64,000 nt of DNA from an uncultured Subdoligranulum sp. (GTDB taxonomy: Bacteria > Bacillota > Clostridia > Christensenellales > CAG-314). The notes under the pieces were generated by a model. The model saw only the letters and a list, made by a program, of their open reading frames with translations, made no database searches and was not told the DNA's origin. This document shows positions 20,126-31,220 of this stretch, piece by piece. Numbering within the stretch: the stretch's first letter is position 1; every line of letters begins with the position of its first letter. The position numbers were made by a program, and so were the translations under genes. The stretch is taken from contig CAZTCB010000001.1 in assembly GCA_964612455.1 (NCBI GenBank), positions 43,919 to 107,918 on the forward strand, written 5' to 3'.

Positions 20126-22795
20126 TTAATCCTCCTCATGTGTGACTTCGCAAAGGTTATTTAATATATCAAAAGCAACCATCGGCGAAATGGTATTGAT
20201 ATTAAGATTTTTAATCTGATAAAATATCTCGAGAGCTTTTTTAGATATCCTTGTTTGTCTTTCTTGTATTGAAAGATCCTCTTCGTCAAAGACTCTTTTG
20301 TTAATATCTGTTTTTTCTATTTTACCGAGAATACTTTTAGCGCGTTGGGTAACTTCTTCCGGCATGCCGGCAAGCTGAGCAACTTCTATTCCGAAACTGC
20401 GATTTGCTCCTCCTGGAACTATTTTGTGTAAAAACACAATGTTTCCGTTTATTTCTTTTATTGAAATTTTAAAATTTACAACGCCCTCGAGTCTGCCTTC
20501 CAATTCCGTAAGCTCATGATAATGCGTCGCAAACAACGTCTTTGCTTTGATGTATTGGCTTATGTATTCCATTATAGCCCAAGCTATACTGAGTCCGTCA
20601 AACGTTGCAGTCCCCCTGCCTACTTCATCCAACACAATCAAACTTTTTTCGGTGGCGTTGTTTAAAATGTACGTCACTTCTGCCATTTCCACCATAAAAG
20701 TACTATGGTTGGACGTTATGTCATCGCTTGCGCCTATTCGCGTAAATATTTTATCGGTTATCGGTACCAATGCCGAAGACGCAGGCACAAACGAACCGAT
20801 GTGAGCCATAAAGACGATTAAAGCCACTTGGCGCATGTACGTACTTTTGCCTGCCATGTTAGGACCTGTTAATATCATTGTCCGATGTTTCTCTGTATCG
20901 AGATTAATATCGTTGGCAATAAACTCTTCTCTCTTTAAAAATTTTTCAACCAGCGGATGCCTACCGTCTTTTATCACGAGCCGATTATCGTTAGTGTTTA
21001 TCTGAGGTTTGCAATAATTATTGAGTAGAGCCACTTTTGCCAAACTAAGTAATGCGTCTAAAATTGCTACCGCATCGGACGTTTGTTGCATTTGCGGTAT
21101 ATAACGCTTGACGAACTCGCAAAGCTCACCGTATATTTTAGCCTCAAGCGTAATCGCCGAGTCCTTGGCGGTCAATATTTTTTCTTCCAATTCACTCAGC
21201 TCGTTTGTTATAAAACGCTCGCCGTTAGTCAGCGATTGTTTGCGAATATAATTACTCGGTATAAAGTTTTTAAAAGAATTACTAACCTCAAAGTAGTAAC
21301 CGAAAACACGATTGTAGCCGATTTTTAGAGACTTAATCCCGGTCTGCTCTATTTCTTTATCTTTAAGTTTGTTGAGATACTCGGTTGAATTCTTTGAAAT
21401 TTTTAAAAGCTCTTTGAGCTCGGTATTGCTATTTTCATCGATATAACCGCCTTCTTTTGTGGTAGCGGGACAATTGATATGTCTGATTGTCGATGTGATT
21501 TTTGCAACAAGCTCATTAAATACTACTATGTTAGACGTAATAATATTTAATAACTTGCTTTTTGATTTTTCAAGTGCGCTTTTAATCTTTGGCATTTGAG
21601 CTAAACTACTTTCAAGTGCCAAAAAATCACGAGGCATTATCGTGCCGTAAACCAATTTAGTACAAAGCCTTTCAATATCCGCTACGTTATCAAGAAACTC
21701 AATCAGAGTCTCGCGCATAATGAAGTCCTTATAAATCTCCTCAACTGCATCGAGTCGCTGTTTAATCGCTGACGAACTTTGCAGAGGTCTTGCAATCCAC
21801 GCATGTAATTTACGTCCGCCCATTGCGGTTTTTGTCTTGTCTAACAACCACAATATGCTACCATATTTACTATTGTCTGCCGTATTGGCAAATAATTCGA
21901 GATTTTTACGTGCGCCTGCATCAACTGACATATATTCGCCTTTGTTGATAATTTTAATGTTTTTAAGATGAGGCAAACTACGTTTTTGTGTTTCTTTGAG
22001 ATACTCTATTATAGCCCCGCAAGCCGCCGTCGCATTAGGCATTTTATCTAATCCGAAACCACGCAACGAAGATATATCATACTGATTGCGTATGGTTTTT
22101 TGGGCATTAACAACGTCGAAAGCCCAATCATAGTACAGACTCATTTTCATGAGCTGGCGATTGATTATAGGCTTCAACACGGTGTTTAGTTTCAAGCCGT
22201 CGTTATTGCTTATTATTTCACTGGGAGAAAAGGCTAACAACAACTCTTCGATATCGTTAACTTCTTTAGATTCGTAAGCATTAAATTCGCCCGTAGTGAT
22301 ATCGCAAAAAGCTATTCCAATGTATTCGCTGATTTTATTCTTAAAAAAAGCGGCAAGATAGTTGTTTTTATCGGCTGCCAAAACGTCGCTTTCTATGGCG
22401 GTACCCGCGGTAACCACGCGAACGACGTTTCTTAACATTATGTTTGTTTTGTTTCCTGCCTTTTTCTCTGCTTCTTTTTCTTCTGCCGTCATTTCGCGTT
22501 GTTCACAGATAGCAACTTTTTTGCCCGCATTTACGAGCTTTGAAATATATGCGTCGACAGCATGAAAAGGAACACCGCACATTGGAGCGCGCTCTTCGCC
22601 GACGCCGCATTTTTTACCCGTCAGCGTAATATCGAGTATCTTGCTTGCTTCTATCGCATCGTCAAAAAACATTTCATAAAAATCCCCCAGACGATACATT
22701 AATATACAATCGGGATATTTTTCTTTAGTGTCAAGATATTTACTCATCATTGGCGAGTATGAATCTTTACTGATTTTTTTTATTTCCGTTGACAT
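20126..22795 (-). CDS. mutS: DNA mismatch repair protein MutS
   Basis: 889 aa. It has the mismatch-binding N-terminus (MYRLGDFYEMF) and Walker A GPNMAGKST. Confidence 0.97.
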   Translation of the reverse strand: MSTEIKKISKDSYSPMMSKYLDTKEKYPDCILMYRLGDFYEMFFDDAIEASKILDITLTGKKCGVGEERAPMCGVPFHAVDAYISKLVNAGKKVAICEQREMTAEEKEAEKKAGNKTNIMLRNVVRVVTAGTAIESDVLAADKNNYLAAFFKNKISEYIGIAFCDITTGEFNAYESKEVNDIEELLLAFSPSEIISNNDGLKLNTVLKPIINRQLMKMSLYYDWAFDVVNAQKTIRNQYDISSLRGFGLDKMPNATAACGAIIEYLKETQKRSLPHLKNIKIINKGEYMSVDAGARKNLELFANTADNSKYGSILWLLDKTKTAMGGRKLHAWIARPLQSSSAIKQRLDAVEEIYKDFIMRETLIEFLDNVADIERLCTKLVYGTIMPRDFLALESSLAQMPKIKSALEKSKSKLLNIITSNIVVFNELVAKITSTIRHINCPATTKEGGYIDENSNTELKELLKISKNSTEYLNKLKDKEIEQTGIKSLKIGYNRVFGYYFEVSNSFKNFIPSNYIRKQSLTNGERFITNELSELEEKILTAKDSAITLEAKIYGELCEFVKRYIPQMQQTSDAVAILDALLSLAKVALLNNYCKPQINTNDNRLVIKDGRHPLVEKFLKREEFIANDINLDTEKHRTMILTGPNMAGKSTYMRQVALIVFMAHIGSFVPASSALVPITDKIFTRIGASDDITSNHSTFMVEMAEVTYILNNATEKSLIVLDEVGRGTATFDGLSIAWAIMEYISQYIKAKTLFATHYHELTELEGRLEGVVNFKISIKEINGNIVFLHKIVPGGANRSFGIEVAQLAGMPEEVTQRAKSILGKIEKTDINKRVFDEEDLSIQERQTRISKKALEIFYQIKNLNINTISPMVAFDILNNLCEVTHEED

Positions 22796-22813
22796 TTGTT
22801 TTCTCCCAAAAAA

Positions 22814-24142
22814 CTATACTATGTCTCCCCAAAGCGTAGCAGATTTACTCGTCTTAATTTTTACGCTTACGATTTCGCCGGTCAGGTCGACGTCGCTTTT
22901 AAAATTTACCAATCTGCCGTCATCCGTGCGCCCGCAGTAGGTACCATCAGAGTACTTAGAATTTTTTCCCTCAACGATGATTTCAAAAACTTTCCCCTCA
23001 TGTTCTTTGCTTATCTCTTTTACGATTACGTTTTGAGTAGCTATAAGCCGCTTTATTCTATCTTTCTTTACCGATTGGGGTACTTGATTTGGCATATCGT
23101 ATCCGGGAGTGCCTTTTCGGCGCGAGTAAATAAATGTAAATATCCCGCTAAATCGTACCTGTTTGACGAGATCGAGCGTTTCTAAAAAGTCTTCCTCCGT
23201 TTCACCGGCGAAACCGACCATTATGTCCGTAGTCAATCCGACGTCAGGGATTTTTGCCCTTATCTTATTAACAAGACCAAGATAATGCTCCTTATCGTAA
23301 TGACGGTTCATCGCTTTGAGCATGTGGTTACTTCCGCTTTGTATCGGCAAATGAATAGTATGACAGATTTTAGGATTTGACGCTATCGCATCTATGACGT
23401 CATCCGTAAAGTCTCGCGGATGACTGGTCATAAATCTAAGTTTGTACTCACCCTCTATTTTGCCGAGCTCGTTGAGTAACTTAGCAAAGCTCGAACCGTC
23501 GTTGAGGTCTTTACCGTAGCTATTTACGTTTTGTCCAAGTAAAGTAATTTCTTTGTATCCTTCCTTAACAAGTTGCTTTACTTCGGCAATAATCGTTTCT
23601 TGGCATCTGCTACGTTCTCTACCGCGTACATAAGGAACGATGCAATACGTACAAAAATTGTTGCAACCGTAAATAATATTTACCCAAGCATTAGTACCAC
23701 TTGTGCGATAAACGGGAATATTTTCGTTTATACCAAACTCATTAATGTCTATCAATGTTTGATTGCGCCGAGAACTTTTTACGACTGAAATTTGACTTTC
23801 TAACAAATTTAGATTTGAAGTGCCCAAAATAATATCGATAAACGGAAACCGTTTTTTTAAATTTTCCGCAACGTTTTTTTGTTGACTCATACAACCGCAC
23901 ACTACGACGATAAGCTCCGGATTGCGTTCTTTATGTTTTTTTATCTCGCCGATATGACCGTTTATTTTTGCTTCTGCCGTCTCGCGAATACAACATGTAT
24001 TAAAAACGACGATATCTGCAGTTGTTTCTTCTTTTGTTTCGGTATAGCCGAGTTTTTCCAAAATCCCTGCTATTTTTTCAGACTCATGAATATTCATCTG
24101 GCAACCGTACGTTTTAATTAAATAATGCATAAACCTCTCCAC
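22814..24142 (-). CDS. miaB: tRNA-2-methylthio-N6-dimethylallyladenosine synthase MiaB
   Basis: IKTYGCQMNIHESE N-terminal cluster motif, radical-SAM CNNFCTYC and a TRAM domain. Confidence 0.9.
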   Translation of the reverse strand: MERFMHYLIKTYGCQMNIHESEKIAGILEKLGYTETKEETTADIVVFNTCCIRETAEAKINGHIGEIKKHKERNPELIVVVCGCMSQQKNVAENLKKRFPFIDIILGTSNLNLLESQISVVKSSRRNQTLIDINEFGINENIPVYRTSGTNAWVNIIYGCNNFCTYCIVPYVRGRERSRCQETIIAEVKQLVKEGYKEITLLGQNVNSYGKDLNDGSSFAKLLNELGKIEGEYKLRFMTSHPRDFTDDVIDAIASNPKICHTIHLPIQSGSNHMLKAMNRHYDKEHYLGLVNKIRAKIPDVGLTTDIMVGFAGETEEDFLETLDLVKQVRFSGIFTFIYSRRKGTPGYDMPNQVPQSVKKDRIKRLIATQNVIVKEISKEHEGKVFEIIVEGKNSKYSDGTYCGRTDDGRLVNFKSDVDLTGEIVSVKIKTSKSATLWGDIV

Positions 24143-24230
24143 ATTCGTGATTTACATTATACAATTTTTTTAAAAAAAATTCAACCTTATTTTCAATAAA
24201 AATATATAAAACTACAAATAATAATATTGT

Positions 24231-26543
24231 ATGATGACGAAAAAACGAGCCACGGCAAAAATACCACTACTGATTGTTATTTCACTCTTGGGTATATCTG
24301 CGCTAATTTGCGCTGTTTTTTATTTGTCGGTTATTTTATCCGCAGATTACGTAAAATTTGATGCCAAAAAAATGCCAAGTATCGAAAAGATTAATTCTTT
24401 AACTATTCTTAGTGACTCAAACGATATATTAAGTACCGACTTTTTAAACGGGCTTGACATAGACGCCCTTTCTCAGGATACGATAAACGCTATTTTAGTT
24501 ACGGAAGATAAGCGTTTTTTTAGTCACAACGGTTTTGATTTAAGACGAATGGCAGGAGCAGCCTTTCAAAATTTGAAATACGGTAAATTTAAAGAAGGCG
24601 CGTCGACACTAACGCAACAGCTTGCAAAAAACGTTTTTTTAAGCTCTGAAAAAAGTTTGAAACGAAAAATAAACGAATTGAATCTTGCAATCCGGATAGA
24701 AAAACACTATACAAAAAATGAAATTTTAACAATGTACTTAAATTCCGTATATTTCGGTAGCGGTGCATACGGAATAACTCAAGCCTCTAAAAAGTTTTTT
24801 GGCAAAACTCCATACGAACTTACCGTTGCCGAGTCAGCCGCATTAGCAGGATTACTAAAGTCGCCAACAAATTATTCACCCTTTTTTAATTATGAATGTT
24901 TTTTAAAAAGAAAAGATTTAGTATTGTTGTTGATGTATGAAAATGACGTTATCACCAAAGAAAAGTACTTGAATGCGAAAAACGAACAACTAACAATCGG
25001 CAAACAAAACGAAAGCTTGTCTGCAGATAAAAACTATATAACAAAAGTAATATCTGACGCTTTAGACATTCTGAACGTTTCTTATCAAGACTTTATTAAA
25101 CTTGATTGTACGATAAAAACCTTTTACTGTTCTTCTGCAAAACAAGCTTTGGATGAGGCAATGGCAAGCAATGTTACTACGACACTCACAGACAAAATAG
25201 CAACTAAGACGGCTATCGTTATTGATAACAAAACACGTGGAGTAAAAGCTTTTTACGGTAAATCGGATCAGGTTTTTAATAAAAAAATACATCCTGCCAG
25301 TACGTTAAAACCACTGGCGGTATATTCCCCTGCTTTGGAAATGGGTTATATCTCACCGATAACTCCTGTTTTGGATGAAAAAACAATTTTTGCCGCTAAT
25401 TTTTCTCCGTCTAACTATAAAGATATTTATTACGGTTGGACAACCGTACGCGAAAGCGTTAAAAATAGTCTTAATATCCCTGCGGTAAAAACAGCTGCCT
25501 TGGTTGGCATTGAAAACTGCGTAGATTATTTAAACAAAAACGGTTTTTCTATTGACAGTCATCGTTCAGATCTTGCTCTTGCGTTAGGAAAAATTAACGG
25601 AGAATGTTCATTGGCAAAATTAGCGAACGGATATTGTACCCTTGCGAATCAAGGCAATTTTTGTGACTTTTCGTTAATTAAAAGCATACAAATAAACGGC
25701 AAAACCATATATAATTTTAATCCGACAAAATCACGCGTTTTCAGCGAACAAACGGCATTTTTAATGACAGACATGCTTTGCGGCGTAACGGAAAGCGGCA
25801 CCGCAAAAAAAATGTCTAGTATTAAGTTTGACGTCGCAGGCAAGACAGGCACAAACGGTGTCAAAAACGGCAATAATTCAAACGCGTTATTTTGCGGATA
25901 TACGACGCAAGACACTTTTGCGTTCAATATATCCGGTCCTGATGAAACTTACGAACTTTCAAACAAGGTGGTCGGAGGAAAGCAACCTACTGAATTGGCT
26001 AAAGTATTTTTAAACGAATATTATGTAAATAAACCGCCTCTTGCGTTTACCGTTCCGCAAAAAATCAAGTTACTAAAGGTGGACAAGAATGCCCTTAAAA
26101 CACAACAAAAGGTTTATCTGTCAAGCGAAGAAAACGACTGTGAATTTGTAGAAGATTATTTTAACGAAGATTATGCCCCAAAAACGCGTGCTGAACATTC
26201 TCGAAAATTAGGTACAGACCATCACAAAACACCGTTAACGCTTGATGTTTCTGTTTCCGAAAATATGGTTTTTCTTTCGTCATCGGATATAAACGCGGCT
26301 ATATACTTAGAACAACCAAATGGAAGTGGAAAATTTATAGCTATAGGTTCAGGGATATATTTTGTCAACGATACAACGAACGAATATACCTTTTTTGCTG
26401 AAAACGATGAAACAAAATCAATACCGATTAAAATAATAATTAAAGACAAGCAACAAAACCGAAAAAGCTCAAATGAAAACCGCCAAAATCACAGAAACAA
26501 TAAAATTTCTGACTTTTGGCGGAAAATTATGAATATTGATTAA
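24231..26543 (+). CDS. bifunctional class A penicillin-binding protein (glycosyltransferase + transpeptidase)
   Basis: N-terminal TM helix, GT51 motifs EDKRFFSHNGFD and GASTLTQQLAKN, and transpeptidase motifs STLKP, SLN and KTGT. Confidence 0.88.
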   Translation: MMTKKRATAKIPLLIVISLLGISALICAVFYLSVILSADYVKFDAKKMPSIEKINSLTILSDSNDILSTDFLNGLDIDALSQDTINAILVTEDKRFFSHNGFDLRRMAGAAFQNLKYGKFKEGASTLTQQLAKNVFLSSEKSLKRKINELNLAIRIEKHYTKNEILTMYLNSVYFGSGAYGITQASKKFFGKTPYELTVAESAALAGLLKSPTNYSPFFNYECFLKRKDLVLLLMYENDVITKEKYLNAKNEQLTIGKQNESLSADKNYITKVISDALDILNVSYQDFIKLDCTIKTFYCSSAKQALDEAMASNVTTTLTDKIATKTAIVIDNKTRGVKAFYGKSDQVFNKKIHPASTLKPLAVYSPALEMGYISPITPVLDEKTIFAANFSPSNYKDIYYGWTTVRESVKNSLNIPAVKTAALVGIENCVDYLNKNGFSIDSHRSDLALALGKINGECSLAKLANGYCTLANQGNFCDFSLIKSIQINGKTIYNFNPTKSRVFSEQTAFLMTDMLCGVTESGTAKKMSSIKFDVAGKTGTNGVKNGNNSNALFCGYTTQDTFAFNISGPDETYELSNKVVGGKQPTELAKVFLNEYYVNKPPLAFTVPQKIKLLKVDKNALKTQQKVYLSSEENDCEFVEDYFNEDYAPKTRAEHSRKLGTDHHKTPLTLDVSVSENMVFLSSSDINAAIYLEQPNGSGKFIAIGSGIYFVNDTTNEYTFFAENDETKSIPIKIIIKDKQQNRKSSNENRQNHRNNKISDFWRKIMNID

Positions 26544-26544
26544 T

Positions 26545-27696
26545 TTATAGACAATACGTTTCTACGCTTTTAAGTGCGTTTTCGACCAGCGTGTCAACGT
26601 CAAGAGCTTTTTCGGCGCGTTCTACAACCTCTATCTTAGGCTTTGTCGCGGGGTTTTTGGGTAAAAATATAGTACAGCAATCTTCATACGGTAATATTGA
26701 AGTTTCAAATGTATTAATTTTTCTCGCTATTTCTATAATTTCATCTTTATCAAACCCTATCAAAGGTCTAAGCACGGGGTACTCCGCAACGGAGTTTGTC
26801 GACGCGATACTCTCCATTGTCTGACTTGCTACTTGTCCTAAACTTTCTCCCGTGATAACGGCTTTACAATTGTGAATATCACACATTCTATTGGCAATGC
26901 GCATCATAAATCTCCGCATTATCGTTATCATTAGATTTTCAGGACACTTTTCATGGATTTGCGTCTGAATTTCCGTAAAAGAAACCACGTCAACAGTTAA
27001 ACTTAAGCAATACTTTTTTAACAGTTTAGCCAAAGTCAATACCTTTTGTTTAGCATTTTCACTCGTATAAGGATAACTTGCAAAATGTAATGCCCGCAAC
27101 GACATCCCTCGTTTTGCCATCATAAAACATGCCACCGGACTGTCTATACCGCCCGACAACATTAACAATCCTTTACCGCTTACGCCCACAGGCATACCGT
27201 TAACTGCTTTTATAATCGAGGAAAACACCAAAGTTTTTCCGTTTTCGCGTACATCTACGTACAATTCAGTTTCCGGATTGTGCAAATCGACGGAAAGCTC
27301 TTTAAACTCCGATAATAGACGATAACCGATTTCTGACGAAATTTCGTAACTATTCATGCTAAAACGTTTATCCGCTCGCTTAGTATTTACTTTAAAGGTT
27401 CCGCTTTTCTTTGAGAGTTTTTTACAAGCGTCGGCAATTTCGTCAATATCCGTATTAACCTCGTAAGCTAAACTAAATGAATGCACTCCAAAGATACAAC
27501 CAATCCTATCAAGCAACCACTGAGTTTCGTCTTCATTAAAATCGCTTATTATATAACGCGCACTATACTTTGTAAAAGTATATTTTTTCCCCTCTAAAGC
27601 CTTGTTTATATTATTTATAAGCATATTTTCAAAAAAGCCTCTATTGGCACCTTTTAAAAATATTTCTCCATATCTAATTAAGATAACTTTTTTCAT
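26545..27696 (-). CDS. thiI: tRNA 4-thiouridine synthase ThiI
   Basis: THUMP domain followed by the PP-loop SGGIDSPVA. Confidence 0.9.
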   Translation of the reverse strand: MKKVILIRYGEIFLKGANRGFFENMLINNINKALEGKKYTFTKYSARYIISDFNEDETQWLLDRIGCIFGVHSFSLAYEVNTDIDEIADACKKLSKKSGTFKVNTKRADKRFSMNSYEISSEIGYRLLSEFKELSVDLHNPETELYVDVRENGKTLVFSSIIKAVNGMPVGVSGKGLLMLSGGIDSPVACFMMAKRGMSLRALHFASYPYTSENAKQKVLTLAKLLKKYCLSLTVDVVSFTEIQTQIHEKCPENLMITIMRRFMMRIANRMCDIHNCKAVITGESLGQVASQTMESIASTNSVAEYPVLRPLIGFDKDEIIEIARKINTFETSILPYEDCCTIFLPKNPATKPKIEVVERAEKALDVDTLVENALKSVETYCL

Positions 27697-28844
27697 TATA
27701 AACCCCTCATTGTCTTTCGCAAATCATTAATGCAATTCGTCAAACACTCGGCAAATTCCTGCGCGTCGTTGACGGTAGAATATCTATCAAAACTTATTCG
27801 CACCATACCTTCTCTATATTGCTTATCGATTTGCAAAGCCCCTATAATCCTATTGGTCTTGTTTCTACTGCTGCATGCGCTGCCGGTGCCGAATACAAAA
27901 CCAAATTTTTCAACCATATGTAAAAGAACTTCCGTCTTTATACCTGCAAAAAATATCGTAAGGATATTGGGCGCACAATACTCCGTAGGTGTTAAGACAA
28001 AGTAATTATCACATTTTTGCCGTACTATTTCTAAAATAATATCTTTGATTTGTTTGTATTTAGTACTTAATGTATCAATATTGCTCGTAGTATGCAAAGC
28101 AGCTACTGAGAAAGCCATTATATTAGCAACGTTTTCGGTTCCTGCCCTTAGACCTCGCTCTTGTCCGCCTCCTCGTATCAATGGAGTAAAACGGACATTT
28201 TTTTTGTGATAAACAAAACCTATCCCCTTGGGTGCGTTTATTTTATGTCCACTCGCAATAAAGTAATCAACGCCGAGATCTTTCACATTTAGCTTAATTT
28301 TACCAAAACTCTGGACGCCGTCACATACAAACAGACATCTTGCATTTACGTCCTTAACTATTTTACAAAGCGTCTTTATATCGTTAATCGCCCCCGTCTC
28401 GTTATTGACATGCATCAAGCACACAAAACGAGTATCATTGTCAATTAATTTTTGCAAACTATCGGCATCGGCTCTACCATCCGGCAACAAGTCAACAAAA
28501 CGAACATCGACACCTTTACTTTGTAAATACATTGCGGTGCTATACACTGCGGAATGTTCCACACGAGAGGTTACGATATTTCCTGAAAAGCCGTTTATCG
28601 CGCTAAGCATCGCCATATTGTCACCCTCGCTTCCGCAAGAAACAAACGTTATTTCATCGAAATCAGCCCCTATAATCCCTGCGATATTTTCTCTCGCGGC
28701 AGCCATGTCCGCTGCTACTTCGGTACTAAATCCCGATAATGCCGAAGGATTAAAAAACTGCTCAATATTATATCTTTCTATTATCGGCAACAATTCGTCA
28801 GCCAAACGAGTAGTTGCCGCGTTGTCAAAATACTTTACTTTCAT
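27696..28844 (-). CDS. cysteine desulfurase (NifS/IscS class V aminotransferase)
   Basis: PLP-lysine motif SGHKINAPKGIG and active-site region GSACSS. It is translationally coupled to thiI. Confidence 0.85.
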   Translation of the reverse strand: MKVKYFDNAATTRLADELLPIIERYNIEQFFNPSALSGFSTEVAADMAAARENIAGIIGADFDEITFVSCGSEGDNMAMLSAINGFSGNIVTSRVEHSAVYSTAMYLQSKGVDVRFVDLLPDGRADADSLQKLIDNDTRFVCLMHVNNETGAINDIKTLCKIVKDVNARCLFVCDGVQSFGKIKLNVKDLGVDYFIASGHKINAPKGIGFVYHKKNVRFTPLIRGGGQERGLRAGTENVANIMAFSVAALHTTSNIDTLSTKYKQIKDIILEIVRQKCDNYFVLTPTEYCAPNILTIFFAGIKTEVLLHMVEKFGFVFGTGSACSSRNKTNRIIGALQIDKQYREGMVRISFDRYSTVNDAQEFAECLTNCINDLRKTMRGL

Positions 28845-28853
28845 TTTTTTTAA

Positions 28854-31220
28854 TCATTTAAATTTTACTATAGTTACGCCGCCATTTCCCTCGTTGTAAT
28901 CGCCCAGCCTGTATTCCGAAACGTTTCTATTACTTTTAAGGTATTGATGGATTGCGGCTTTCAGTTTTCCCGTTCCTCTGCCATGTATTATTCTTACTTC
29001 AGACGCGTTACGCATGATGGCGTCGTCAATAAATTTTTCAACGTTGTACATTGCCTCTTCTACGGTTTGGCCTATTACGTTGATTTCAAAAGAAAATCCT
29101 TTAGTTGTTACGGTCGTTTTTGGCGTTGTTATCTTTTGTTTTTGAGGCGTAACGTCAACGTATGAATACGCTTCGCCTTGCCTTAGCGTAGTGACCATGT
29201 TATTAAACTTAACTTGAATTTTCCCTGATTTAGGTAAAGACGAAACTGTTCCCACTGTTTTTAATTTTTTTATAAAAACTTTATCTCCAAGTTGCAGTGT
29301 ATTTATATCTATCGGACTACCCTCAAAAAAAACGTCGTTCTCTTCGCTTTCGTCTTCGTACTTTTTGTCATTCAACTTTTTGACTATAGAACGCGCGGCA
29401 AAGAGTGAATTTTCTTCTATGGTTTGTTTTTTAAAAAGCGCTTTTAATTGTTCCAATAGCGCCGAAGACTCTTCTCTTGCAGCAGAAACAATTCGTTTTG
29501 CCTCGGTACGACTACCGGCGAGAAGTTTTTCACGTTCAGCAACCAACAAAGCATTTTGATTTTTTGCTTTTTGATATTCTTCGGCTGTCTGGCGTTTCAA
29601 TTCTTCCGACTCGACAATTAACTTTTCGTACTGTTGCCTTAGCTCTTCTGCATTTTTTAGTACTCTGTCGAATGATTTTTTATTTTCATCCACTCGACTA
29701 AACGCATCGGATACTATTTCTTCTTTCATACCCAAGCGCCGTGCAATCTCTAACGCATTGCTGTTTCCGGGGACACCCATAACGAGCTTATATGTCGGCT
29801 CAAAAGTTTTTGTGTCAAATTCCATACTTGCACTGACAACATTCGGCGTCGTTATCGAATACTCTTTTAATTGGCTGTAATGTGTCGTTATTACACTACG
29901 AGCATTACTATCGAGTAAATACCTACACACGGCAAGAGCAAGCGCGCTGCCCTCGATTGGTTCTGTACCCGCACCGATTTCATCCGCCAATACCAAACTT
30001 TCTGCCGTAATAGAGTTTAAAATGTAATTAAGATTTTTTATATGACTACTGAAAGTACTTAGGTTTTGCTCAATACTTTGTTCGTCCCCGATATCGCAAT
30101 ATATGTTATCAAATATGGGAATCTCGGTATCGTCAGACGCAGGCAAATACAAACCGACATACGTCATCAAACAAAATAAACCGACGGTTTTTATACTCAC
30201 AGTCTTTCCGCCGGTGTTGGGCCCGGTCACAATAACCTGTCGATTCATGTCACCAAACTTAATGGTTATAGGAACCACTTTTTTACTATCTATCAAAGGA
30301 TGTCTGCCGTTTTTAATAAAAACGTATCCTTTTTGGTTTAAAAGCGGTAAATTAGCTTTTAATCTCTCGGAGTAAAATGCTTTTGCATAAACACTGTCGA
30401 CATAAGCAATTGTTTCTTGCGTACGGGCTAAATGATCGGCAATATCTGAAACGTTTTGCGTAAAATCAGCTATTATCCTCTCTATTTCTTCTTTTTCAGC
30501 CAAAAGGAGTTCTTTAAGTTGGTTGTTTAAATTAACTACACTTATCGGTTCAATAAAAACCGTCGCCCCCGATGCAGATTGATCATGAATGAGTCCTTGT
30601 ACGTTACTCTTATATTCTTGCTTTACAGGTAAGACATACCTGTCATTTTTCATAGTAACGATAGCATCTTGCAAATATTTTGCCGTTGTGGACGACCTGA
30701 TAAACGAATTAAGCTTTTCTCTTATATCGAAATTTGTTTTTTTGATTTTTTGACGCAAAGCATACAACTCTGCACTTGCACTATCCGCCAATTCGTCTTC
30801 GTTAACTATACATTTATCGAGTCTTTCTTCAAAGGAAAAATTTTGATACATTCCCTGCGCATATATCTTTAAATAAGAAATTTTGTTTTCGTCAACCTCA
30901 TCAAGCATTGACGCGCAAAGTCGACTTGTACGCAACAACCGTTTTACTGCCAACAACTCTCTCAATGTCAATGAAGAATATATTTTTGCTTTTTTTAATG
31001 CCTCGGTAATATCGTCAAAATCAAAAGACGGAATAACGTTTTGATTGATGAGCCAAAAAGCTTCGCTCGTTTCGCTTAATAAACGATTCACAAGCGCAAA
31101 ATCACCGACAGGGTTTAACGTCATTACGACATTTTTTGCAAACTTACTCGTTGCAAAATCCGCGACGTTTTGCAAAACAGTATAAAACTCTAACTTATTC
31201 AGTGTTTTTTCTTCCATCAT
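28854..31220 (-). CDS. mutS2: endonuclease MutS2
   Basis: Walker A GPNTGGKTV, a long coiled coil and a C-terminal Smr domain (IIHGRGTGKLK). Confidence 0.93.
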   Translation of the reverse strand: MMEEKTLNKLEFYTVLQNVADFATSKFAKNVVMTLNPVGDFALVNRLLSETSEAFWLINQNVIPSFDFDDITEALKKAKIYSSLTLRELLAVKRLLRTSRLCASMLDEVDENKISYLKIYAQGMYQNFSFEERLDKCIVNEDELADSASAELYALRQKIKKTNFDIREKLNSFIRSSTTAKYLQDAIVTMKNDRYVLPVKQEYKSNVQGLIHDQSASGATVFIEPISVVNLNNQLKELLLAEKEEIERIIADFTQNVSDIADHLARTQETIAYVDSVYAKAFYSERLKANLPLLNQKGYVFIKNGRHPLIDSKKVVPITIKFGDMNRQVIVTGPNTGGKTVSIKTVGLFCLMTYVGLYLPASDDTEIPIFDNIYCDIGDEQSIEQNLSTFSSHIKNLNYILNSITAESLVLADEIGAGTEPIEGSALALAVCRYLLDSNARSVITTHYSQLKEYSITTPNVVSASMEFDTKTFEPTYKLVMGVPGNSNALEIARRLGMKEEIVSDAFSRVDENKKSFDRVLKNAEELRQQYEKLIVESEELKRQTAEEYQKAKNQNALLVAEREKLLAGSRTEAKRIVSAAREESSALLEQLKALFKKQTIEENSLFAARSIVKKLNDKKYEDESEENDVFFEGSPIDINTLQLGDKVFIKKLKTVGTVSSLPKSGKIQVKFNNMVTTLRQGEAYSYVDVTPQKQKITTPKTTVTTKGFSFEINVIGQTVEEAMYNVEKFIDDAIMRNASEVRIIHGRGTGKLKAAIHQYLKSNRNVSEYRLGDYNEGNGGVTIVKFK